A stretch of 64,000 bases of DNA from a bacterium (lineage in GTDB: Bacteria > UBA8248): positions 2,720,001 to 2,784,000 of the forward strand of contig OZ244799.1 of the NCBI GenBank assembly GCA_965219955.1. The letters run 5' to 3'. Both the position numbers and the translations under genes were made by a program. A model generated the notes under the pieces. It made no database searches and was not told the DNA's origin. It was given only the letters and a program-made list of their open reading frames with translations. Positions 39,008 to 48,300 of the stretch are shown here, piece by piece (position 1 is the first letter of the stretch; the number at the start of each line of letters is the position of its first letter).

Positions 39008-41143
39008 ATGAAAAAGGAGAACCGGATGACCATCGGAAACGCCACCTTGCGCGGCGGCCAGACGCTCCTGCACGACGCCCGCATGTGGGGCCAGCTGGCC
39101 CGCTGGGGCATCGTGGGTCTCGTACTCGCCATCGTCCTGACGCCTGCCGTCAGCGTCCTGAGGTCGACGAGCACGCACGAGTGGCGCGTCGTGGGGCTCG
39201 GCACGCTGGCCGAGGCCAAGCTCGCGATCGGCTATTCCCCCGATTCGGGCCAGGTGTACGAGTGGGGCGCGGGCGTGCGGACCGTGGAGCGGATATCTCT
39301 CATCGCAAGCGATCCCAGGATCGAGCGGATCAGGAGGCGCCTGCTCGATACTATCTATAAAAAGGCGTGGCTGGGCCTCTGGCTCGGCCTGGGCGGCGTG
39401 GCCCTGTTCGCCTTCTTCTTCTGGCTGCTGGGCAGGCGAATGGCGAGGGCGCACCGGGTGCGGGGTGCGGAGATGACGTCGGCGCAGGCGCTCGGGAGGC
39501 GCGTCCGGCCCCTCTCCTCCCGCCTGGCGGAGAAGTTCTTCCAGAAGGCGCGCAAGTCCAGGCCCCGTATCGCGGGCGTCCCCTGGCCCGAGCGCGCCGA
39601 GACCCAGCACACCATCGTCTCGGGCACCACGGGCTCGGGCAAGACCGTCCTGATCTCGGACCTGGTCGCGCAGATCAGGGAACGGGGCGAGCGCTGCATC
39701 CTCTACGACAAGATGGGGAGCTACACGCGGGCGTTCTTCGACCCCGCCCGCGACGTCCTGATGAATCCCCTCGACGCCCGGGCGCCGCGCTGGTCCCCCT
39801 TCCTGGAAGCCAGGACGCCCAGGGACTTCGACACGATGGCGGCGGCCCTGATACCCCAGCAGAAGGACACGGTGGACCCCTTCTGGGTCACGGCCGCGCG
39901 GCAGCTGTTCGCGAACGGCGCGGGCGTCCTGTGGAAGCGCGGCGTGAGGGAGAACCGGATACTCGTCGAGCACCTGCTCAAGACCGAACTCACCTCCCTG
40001 GCCGAGGCCATGGAGGGCACGGTGGCGCAGTCCATCGTGGACCCCGAGAACCCCAAGACGGCGCTCTCGGTGCGCGCCATGCTGACCGCGCACCTGGGCG
40101 CGCTCGAGTGCCTGCCCGACTCGGGAAAACCCTTCTCGATAAGGGAGTGGGTGGAGCGCGAGGACGAGACCGGCTTCTTGTTCCTGACCTCGCGCGGGGA
40201 CCAGCACGCGAGCCTCCGGGGCCTCATCTCGACCTGGCTAGAGATCGCCGTGAACGCGCTCTTATCCCTCGGCCGGGACGACGCGCGCAGGATATGGATT
40301 GTGCTGGACGAGCTTCCCACCCTCCACCAGGTGCCGAGCCTGCAGCCCGGTCTCGCCGAATCACGCCAGTTCGGGGGGTGCTTCGTGCTGGGTATCCAGG
40401 TGATATCGGCCCTTCGCGACCTCTATGGGCGAAACGGGGCCGAGACCGTATCGGGCCTGTGCGGCACCCGGGTGGTGCTGGCCGCGCCCGACCAGGAGAC
40501 GGCGCGCTGGTCGGCCGAGAGCCTCGGGCGCGGAGAGGTCACAGAATACGCGGAGGGCCTGAGCTACGGCGCGAGCGCCATGCGCGACGGCGTCTCGCTC
40601 ACGCAGCGCCGCGAGATGCGGCCCCTCGCCCTGCCTTCCGAGATCATGCGCCTGGAAAACCTGCACGGCTACCTCAAGTTCCCCGGTCCCTGGCCGGTGG
40701 CCAGGGTAGAGCTCGACTACGTCGGGAGACCCGAGGCGGCTGCGGGTTTTATTCCGCGCGAGGGCGTGAAGCTCATCGATACGGAAGAAATGAACGCCGC
40801 TCCGCCCAAGACCAAAAATGGCGCGGGAACCGAAGCGCCCGGGACCGTGGACGCTCCCGCCGATAAAGAGAGAGGTGCGGCCGGCGAGGCGGCGAACCGG
40901 CGGGAACCCGAATCGCCCGGCGATACGACCGCATCCGGTGAAGCGGAGGCTAAGTGTGAACGACCCGCTCCGCCGCCGGACGCAGGCCTGGCAGAACCCG
41001 AGCAAACCTCCGAGAAATCCGTGGCGCCGCAACCCGCGGTCCACTCCGCGGATGGGGATGACGCCGGTGCGGCCGATGACGATGAGCAAAACCGGGGCGA
41101 AGACGGCGAAGAGGCCGGGTCCCGAACGCCGGACTGGTTGTGA
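39008..41143 (+). CDS. traD: Type IV coupling protein (TraD/TrwB family)
   Basis: N-terminal TMs, GTTGSGKT, LYDKMG, MNPLDAR..WS, LDELPTL, ESRQFGG, acidic disordered tail. Confidence 0.93.
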   Translation: MKKENRMTIGNATLRGGQTLLHDARMWGQLARWGIVGLVLAIVLTPAVSVLRSTSTHEWRVVGLGTLAEAKLAIGYSPDSGQVYEWGAGVRTVERISLIASDPRIERIRRRLLDTIYKKAWLGLWLGLGGVALFAFFFWLLGRRMARAHRVRGAEMTSAQALGRRVRPLSSRLAEKFFQKARKSRPRIAGVPWPERAETQHTIVSGTTGSGKTVLISDLVAQIRERGERCILYDKMGSYTRAFFDPARDVLMNPLDARAPRWSPFLEARTPRDFDTMAAALIPQQKDTVDPFWVTAARQLFANGAGVLWKRGVRENRILVEHLLKTELTSLAEAMEGTVAQSIVDPENPKTALSVRAMLTAHLGALECLPDSGKPFSIREWVEREDETGFLFLTSRGDQHASLRGLISTWLEIAVNALLSLGRDDARRIWIVLDELPTLHQVPSLQPGLAESRQFGGCFVLGIQVISALRDLYGRNGAETVSGLCGTRVVLAAPDQETARWSAESLGRGEVTEYAEGLSYGASAMRDGVSLTQRREMRPLALPSEIMRLENLHGYLKFPGPWPVARVELDYVGRPEAAAGFIPREGVKLIDTEEMNAAPPKTKNGAGTEAPGTVDAPADKERGAAGEAANRREPESPGDTTASGEAEAKCERPAPPPDAGLAEPEQTSEKSVAPQPAVHSADGDDAGAADDDEQNRGEDGEEAGSRTPDWL

Positions 41144-43947
41144 TGGTCGTCTCGATCGGCGCCGTCGCCGCCCCCGCCCAGGGCGCCTCCTACTACGAGC
41201 GCGACGGCTATTACGCCAAAGACGATCCCGCCCACAGGGAGGTGAGCGCATGGGCCGGCAGGGGAGCGGAGGACCTCGGCCTCACGGGTACGGTAGACCC
41301 CGATACCTTCCGCGCAGTTCTGGAAGGCCATGTGCCCGACGGTTCGGGGAGAAAGCTCGGGCGCAGGCGCAAGGACGGCGTCCTGGAGCACCGGCCCGGA
41401 CGCGACCTCACCTTCTCGGCTCCCAAGTCCGTCTCGCTCGCCGCGCTGGTGGGCGGCGACGCACGCGTCGTCGAGGCGCATGACCGGGCGGTCGAACGCA
41501 CCCTCGCCTGGGTCGAGGGCAACGCCGCCGAGACCAGGATCAAGGACCCGGAGACGGGACGCATGGTCCGGGCCGGGGATCAGAAAACGGTGGCCGCGAC
41601 CTTCCGTCACGACGCCTCGCGCAACCTCGACCCCCAGCTTCACACCCACGCGGTGCTGGCCAACATGGTCCGGGGGCCGGACGGGAAATGGAGGACGATG
41701 TCCAACGAGGCGCTCTACCGCAGCCAGAAGCTGATCGGCATGCTCTACAGGAGCGAACTGGCGCAAGGGCTGGGGAAGCTGGGCTACGCGATTGAGAAGA
41801 CGCACGCCGACGGGCGGTTCGAGGTTGCGGGCGTTCGCCGCGAGGTGATCGAGGCGTTCTCGACCCGGCGGGCGGAGATCGAGGCGGCGATGGCCGAGCG
41901 GGGTCTGGGAACGACGGCTGCGAACCAGCGCACAGCCGAGCGCGCGGCGCTCATGACCCGCGCCCGCAAGCGTGACGTGGACAAGTCCGCGCTCAGGGGT
42001 TTGTGGGAGAAACAGGCCGCGGACCTCGGGTTCGACGCCAGGGCCCATGCGGCCGAAGCAGTGTCCCGGGTCGCCGGCCTTGAAGGCAAAGGAGAGGCCC
42101 GGGAGACCGGTCCGGCCGGAGAGGCCGTCGAATGGGCCGTGTCGCATCTCGCGGAGCGCGAGGCCGTGTTCGCCCGCGCCGACGCGCTTGCCGCCGCGCT
42201 GGCCTGGCGGCCGGGCGCGGTGTCTGTCGAGGCGGCGGAGAGGGCGCTCCGCGATCTCGAAAGGGGGGGACGGCTTCACCCCGCGCCGGGGTTGCACGGG
42301 AGAGACGACCTGGCGACCGACAAGGCGCTGGCGGACGAGCGTGAGACGATCGGCCTGATGCGCGACGGCCAGGGCCGGGGCCGGGTGGCGATGCGCAGCT
42401 GGATCGCGCAGGCGTATCTGCACAAGGGAGCGCTGACGCAGGGCCAGAGAGAAGCGGTCAAACTCATCCTCTCGACCAGGGACCGCGTCGTCGGCGTGCA
42501 GGGCTATGCCGGGACCGGCAAGACCACCATGCTCAACCGCGCCCGCGTGTTACTGGAAAAACGCGGGTTCGAGGTCAAGGGCCTTGCGCCCTCGGCCTCG
42601 GCGGTCAAGACGCTCGGAACCGAGGCCGGGATCGAGAGCGAGACGCTGCAGCGTTTCCTCGCGCGAAACGCCGGCGTGGCCGGGGAAAGGCTCACCAGAA
42701 AGGCCGAGAAGCAGATGCGCGCAGCCTGGAGCAAGACGGTACTCGTGGTGGACGAAGGCTCCCTCGCCTCCACCCTGCAGGCCCGCGACCTCCTGCGGGT
42801 CGCCCGCGCCCTGCGCATCCCCAGAGTCGTGCTGGTGGGCGATGAGAAACAACTCGGAGCCGTGGACGCCGGCAAGCCCTTCGCGCAACTGCAGCAAGCC
42901 GGCATGAAGACCGCCGTGATGGACGACATCCTCCGCCAGCGCGACCCGGATCTGAAAGCCGCGGTCGAGGCGAGCCTCGCCGGCGAGATCGGACGCGCGT
43001 TCGAGAAGCTGGGATCCAACGTCGCGCAGGTGAAGGCCGACAACATCGCGGGCGCGGTGGCGGCGCGCTGGCTCGCGCTCTCGCCCGAGGCGCGCGAGAA
43101 CACAGGCGTCATGGCGCCCAGTCATGAACTTCGCCAAAAGATCAACGCCCATATACGGGAGCGTCTCGCGCGCGATGGCAGTATCCACGGCCCCGCCTTC
43201 AGGTGCGAGCGGCTCGTCTCTCGCGGTTATACGAACCCCGAGAAATCACTCGCCGCGAACTACGCCCCGGGTGACGTCGTGGCCTTCCACCGTCCCTACA
43301 AGCGCCTGGGCGTCGAGAAGGACGACGAACTCCGCGTCGCGGGCGTGGATCACGAGAACCAGGCGGTGGTGCTCGAAGGCAAGGACGGCGGGAGCGTCTT
43401 GTGGAAGCCCGGGCGGATCGCCGGGCGGTCGGGCGGCGCCGAGGTCTACCGGGCCGAAGGCATCGAACTTCGCTCCGGCGACCGTATCCGCTGGACCCGC
43501 AACGACAGGAAACTCGGGCTGGTCAACAGCCGGACTGCCGAGGTCACGGACGTGAGAGGCGACCGCGTGAGCTTCCGACTCGAAGACGGGCGCAGGCTTG
43601 AACTCAGGCAAGACGAGCCGCAGCTGCGCCACCTCGACCATGCCTGGGCCTCGACCGTGCACGCCTTCCAGGGCCGGACCGTCGACAACGTGATCGCCGC
43701 GATGCAGGCCAACCACCCCCACCTCACTACGCAGAAGAGCTTCTACGTCGAGATCAGCCGCGCCCGGGACCGGGCGGAACTCGTGACCGACGACGCAAAG
43801 GCGTTGCGCGAGCGGCTTGAAACGGCCACGGGCGAACGGGTTTCGGCGCTCGAGGGGATTGGTAGCAAGCCGAGGGTGGCGGAGAAGGAGAACGAAGCGC
43901 CGGGAATGGAGAGGAGGCGGGATGGGCGCGGGATGGAGATATCCTGA
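41143..43947 (+). CDS. MOB_F (TrwC/TraI-type) relaxase-helicase
   Basis: ASYYERDGYY tyrosines, DLTFSAPKS, HDASRNLDPQLHTH HUH motif, QGYAGTGKT helicase Walker A, VVDE, FYVEISRAR. Confidence 0.95.
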   Translation: MVVSIGAVAAPAQGASYYERDGYYAKDDPAHREVSAWAGRGAEDLGLTGTVDPDTFRAVLEGHVPDGSGRKLGRRRKDGVLEHRPGRDLTFSAPKSVSLAALVGGDARVVEAHDRAVERTLAWVEGNAAETRIKDPETGRMVRAGDQKTVAATFRHDASRNLDPQLHTHAVLANMVRGPDGKWRTMSNEALYRSQKLIGMLYRSELAQGLGKLGYAIEKTHADGRFEVAGVRREVIEAFSTRRAEIEAAMAERGLGTTAANQRTAERAALMTRARKRDVDKSALRGLWEKQAADLGFDARAHAAEAVSRVAGLEGKGEARETGPAGEAVEWAVSHLAEREAVFARADALAAALAWRPGAVSVEAAERALRDLERGGRLHPAPGLHGRDDLATDKALADERETIGLMRDGQGRGRVAMRSWIAQAYLHKGALTQGQREAVKLILSTRDRVVGVQGYAGTGKTTMLNRARVLLEKRGFEVKGLAPSASAVKTLGTEAGIESETLQRFLARNAGVAGERLTRKAEKQMRAAWSKTVLVVDEGSLASTLQARDLLRVARALRIPRVVLVGDEKQLGAVDAGKPFAQLQQAGMKTAVMDDILRQRDPDLKAAVEASLAGEIGRAFEKLGSNVAQVKADNIAGAVAARWLALSPEARENTGVMAPSHELRQKINAHIRERLARDGSIHGPAFRCERLVSRGYTNPEKSLAANYAPGDVVAFHRPYKRLGVEKDDELRVAGVDHENQAVVLEGKDGGSVLWKPGRIAGRSGGAEVYRAEGIELRSGDRIRWTRNDRKLGLVNSRTAEVTDVRGDRVSFRLEDGRRLELRQDEPQLRHLDHAWASTVHAFQGRTVDNVIAAMQANHPHLTTQKSFYVEISRARDRAELVTDDAKALRERLETATGERVSALEGIGSKPRVAEKENEAPGMERRRDGRGMEIS

Positions 43948-44064
43948 ACGATTTCCGTGTCTTTTTGATGGAAAGGCAACCTTGAGGTGCTTCGAAACCT
44001 TACGCTTGACGAACGCCGGATTTGCCAACATAATTGTTTCCAACAATATTGCTGGAGGATTGCA

Positions 44065-45318
44065 ATGTCACTTAGGAAGGCGGGGTCGAACTGGGTAGAG
44101 GGGGAGCGGTTCTATGACCGCGAAACCGAACTCGAAGCGCTCATGGAGCGAGTGCAGGACGGGACCCATACGTTGCTGACCGCACAGCGGCGGATGGGCA
44201 AGACGAGTCTGGTTCGGGAATTGCTGCGGCGGCTGAAGGAAGAAGGCCGGTTCGATACGATCTTCGTCGATCTGGAGGCTGCCGACGCGCCGGAGGACGC
44301 CGTCGCCGAGATCGCGGTCCGGTCGACGTCTGCGCACAGCGCCTGGGAGCGGATCAAGTCCCGGTTTGCCAACGCTCTGCGGGAAGTTATCGACCGGGTA
44401 GACACGCTGAGCCTTTCGGACCTGCAGGTGAAACTGCGCGCCGGTATCGACAGCGGAAACTGGCGTCAAAGAGGCGACGAGGTATTCTCAGCTCTCGCCG
44501 GGAATGACCGGCCGGTAGTCCTCGCAATCGACGAGTTACCGATACTCGTCAATCGCTTGCTCAAGGGACAAGACTATATCGTCACACCTGAACGAAAACA
44601 GGCGGCGGACGGGCTCATGAGCTGGCTTCGAAAGAACGGCCAAGAGCACAAAGGCCGGATCACGCTGCTCCTCTCTGGCAGCGTGGGACTGGAGCCGATT
44701 CTGCAGCAGGCCGGACTCAGCGCCCATGCGAACATCTTCTCCCCGTTCGACCTCAAGCCCTGGAGCCGTGAAATCGCCTCGAACTGTCTCGCTGCTCTGG
44801 CGGAGACATATTCTCTCGACCTTTCACCGGAGGTGCGGCGAGATATGTGCCGCCGACTCCGGTGGATGGTCCCCCACCATGTTCAGCAGTTTTTCGATTG
44901 CCTTCACGAGCACCTGCGACGCGCTGGGAGAAACAAGGCTTCCTTGGAAGACGTGGAACTCGTGTATGCCGGCGACATGCTCGGAACGCGTGGACAGGCA
45001 GATCTCGATCATTACGAAGGCAGGTTGAAGACGGTTCTTGGGGCCGACCTCTATCGGCTCGCGCTCGAACTGTTGACCGAGGCGACGGCACATGACGGCA
45101 AGCTGGGTGACGAGGCCGTTGAGCAGTACCGGCGACATTTCCCCGCTCCGGACGATGCCGGCCGCCCGTTGGTCGAGGGTGTGCTGCACGTTCTCGAGCA
45201 TGACGGATATCTGGAGCGGCGAGACGATGGCTACCGCTTCCTCTCCGGTCTGCTTGAGGACTGGTGGCGCGCCCGCCACGGTGGCAGTTTCATTCCCATC
45301 GGCCGGCGTCTGCTCTGA
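44065..45318 (+). CDS. P-loop ATPase (archaeal-ATPase/STAND-like), stand-alone
   Basis: GGAGG RBS. FYDRETE, Walker A AQRRMGKTS, Walker B LAIDE, GSVG, C-terminal wHTH-like LEHDGYL...YRFLSGLLEDWW. Confidence 0.85.
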   Translation: MSLRKAGSNWVEGERFYDRETELEALMERVQDGTHTLLTAQRRMGKTSLVRELLRRLKEEGRFDTIFVDLEAADAPEDAVAEIAVRSTSAHSAWERIKSRFANALREVIDRVDTLSLSDLQVKLRAGIDSGNWRQRGDEVFSALAGNDRPVVLAIDELPILVNRLLKGQDYIVTPERKQAADGLMSWLRKNGQEHKGRITLLLSGSVGLEPILQQAGLSAHANIFSPFDLKPWSREIASNCLAALAETYSLDLSPEVRRDMCRRLRWMVPHHVQQFFDCLHEHLRRAGRNKASLEDVELVYAGDMLGTRGQADLDHYEGRLKTVLGADLYRLALELLTEATAHDGKLGDEAVEQYRRHFPAPDDAGRPLVEGVLHVLEHDGYLERRDDGYRFLSGLLEDWWRARHGGSFIPIGRRLL

Positions 45319-45333
45319 ACGGGAGGCGAAAAG

Positions 45334-48300
45334 ATGAACGCCGTCGCCAGAAAATACAATCCGGGGTTTCTTTCCGACGAGGAGATCGTGGCATCGTTCT
45401 GCGTTCGGACGAGCGAGTTCGAATCGATCGTCGAGATGCTGCGTGAATGCACCGAAAGTTCAAACCCGCACCAGCTCGTGATCGGCCCGCGCGGTAGCGG
45501 AAAAACCAGTCTGCTCCTTCGCGTCGCGGCCGAAATACGGCGCGATGCCGCGTTGGCGTCGAGGTTCTTCCCGATCGTCTTCGCCGAGGAGAGTTATGAG
45601 GTTTCCACCGCCGGGGAGTTCTGGCTGGAATGCCTCTCCCGCCTGGTCGTCCAAGCTCCGCGCAGGGAGGGCGGTCCAGATCTGCATCGTGCCCATGATG
45701 AGCTGAGTAAAGTTTCCGACGACTGGACGCTTGGGGAGCGCTGCCTCGGCGCGCTGCTCGATTTTTCGGATCGCGAGGGCAAGCGGCTCGTGCTGCTCGT
45801 GGAGAACCTGAACGCGATGTTCCGGGACATGACGGACCCGGACGCGGGATGGCGGCTTCGAAAAGTCCTTCAGAACGAGCCTCGGATTGTCCTGCTCGCT
45901 AGCGCGACGAGCAGGTTCGAGCAAATCGACGATCCCGAGCAGGCCCTGTACGACCTATTCCGAACAACCTCGCTTCGCCCTCTGGAAACGGAGGAATGCG
46001 CTGTTTTGTGGAAAACCGTCTCCGGACGGGAGCCGCGGAGGGAGACGATCCGGTCCTTGCGTATCCTCACGGGCGGCAACCCCAGGTTGTTCGTGATCGC
46101 GGCCCGTTTCGGAGCCGGCCTGTCCTTTCGCTTACTGATGGCGGATCTGCTCGACCTTGTCGATGACCACACCGAGTATTTCAGGAGCCATCTCGAATCG
46201 CTGCCGCCGCAGGAAAGGCGAGTCTATCTGGCGCTCGCCGATCTGTGGAAGCCGGCGACTACGAAGGAGATCGCGGACCGGGCCCGGCTCGATACGAACA
46301 GGTGCAGCGCGCAACTCGCCCGCCTCGACGAACGGGGCATCGTGGAGGTCGCGGGAGGCACTGCACGGCGCAAGCAGTATTATCTAACCGAGCGCATGTA
46401 CAACATCTACTATCTGCTGCGTCGCCCCCGAGGGCCGGACCGTCTGGTCGATTCGCTAATCCGTTTCATGGAATCGTTCTACTCACCGCGTGAATTGCGC
46501 GACATCGGGGTCGGAATCGCCCGCGAAGCAAAGAACCTCGATGGGGAGATGCGAGTGTTGCACGAGACCGCATTCGCAAATCTGCTGGCGTTGCCGGCGC
46601 TGGCCGAGCATCGGATGGAACTGCTTGAAATGTTTCCCATGGATGTATCGGGAATTTCTTCCCAAGGCCCGGCGTTTCCAGACGGAACGAAACCGGGGTG
46701 GAGCGGCGCGGAAACGTCTCCCCTGAACAAGGTTCCGGTTCACTCTGGTTCGGACGGGTCCCCGGAGGCTATCGCTCAAAAACTCCTCGAAAAAGGCGCC
46801 GCGCTAAGCGGGCAAAACCGATCGGAGGAGGCCCTCGAGGTCTTCGACGAAGTGCTCAGCCGGTACGGGGCGAGCAAGAAGCCTGCCCTTATCGATTCGA
46901 CTGCCAAAGCCCTCCTCAGAAAGACGGAAGCATTCTGGATGTTGAAACGTTTCGAATATGCGGTTGAGGCTTGCGAAGAGGTCGTGCGTCGATACGGGTC
47001 GGTCGAGGCGCCCGCTCTCCGTGAAACGGTCGCGTTGGCCATGTCCAACAAGGGGATCGCGCTTCGTGAACTGAACCGGCCGGAAGAAGCGCTGGCCGCC
47101 CACGCCGAGGTCGTGCGCCGGTACGGGGCGAGCGAAAACCCGGACGTTCTCGTGACGGTCGCTAAGTCGCTTTGTGAGAGAGGACTCATGCTGGGCAGGA
47201 TGTCCCGGTTTCAGGAAGCGCTCGCGGTGAGTGACGAAATGAAACGTCGATTTGGAGAACACAAGGCAACGAACATCGTCATACATGTCGCCAAGAACCT
47301 CTGCGACAAGGGGACGATACTGAACAACCTGAATCGTCCGGAAGAAGCGCTGGCGGTATATGACGAAGTAGTGCGCCGATATGGGGCGATCGACGATCCG
47401 ACTCTGCATGAGATAATCGCGATAGCCCTCCTCAACAAGGGTGCAACGCTCGGCGACCGGGATCGACCCAAGGACGCTCTCGCCACCTTTGAGGAGGTGA
47501 TGCGCCGCTTCGGGACGAGCAAGGAACCGGCCATTGTCGCCTCGGTCGCGTTGGCCATGTCCAACATGGGGTTCTCTCTGAGCGTATTGGAGCGAACAGA
47601 GGAAGCCATGGCGACGTATGACGAGATTGTGCGCCGATATGAGACGAGCGATCAATCGAACGTTCTCGAGGTGGTCGGAAAAGCGCTTCTCAACAAGGGG
47701 AAGGTGCTCGACACTTCAAACCGCCCGAAGGAAGCATTGGCGGTCTTCGACGAAATTCTTGCTCGCTTCGGAGCGGATGTGGCGCCCGGCCTTCGCGAAA
47801 CGGTCGCGACGGCTCTGTGCAACAAGGGCATCGCGCTCGGCAATTCCGGCAGACACGAAGAAGCAATAGTGATCTATGACGAGGCGGTTCGACGTTTCGG
47901 AGCCTCTGTGGAACTCGTGCTTGTCGAGATGGTCACGAAATCCCTCCTCAACAAGGGCTACGCGCTCGGCGCGTTGAATCGGCCGGAAGAGGCGCTGGCG
48001 TCTTATGATGAAGCGATACGTCATCCCGAAGAGATTGTGAAACCATCCATTCTTGCGCTGGTTGCGCATGCTCTCGTCAAGAAGGGTCTCACGCTTGTCG
48101 GCCTGACGAGACTTGAGGAGGCCCTGTCGAGTTATGACGAGGCGATACGTCGATTTGGAACGAATGGCGATTCTTCCGTATTTGGGCTGGTCGCGCAGTC
48201 TTTTCTCAACAAGGGCGTTGCTTTAGCCTCCCTGAGCCGTTTTGAGGAGGCGCTCGAAGCCTGTGACGAAGTGGTGCGCCGTTATGGAGGAAGCGAGGCG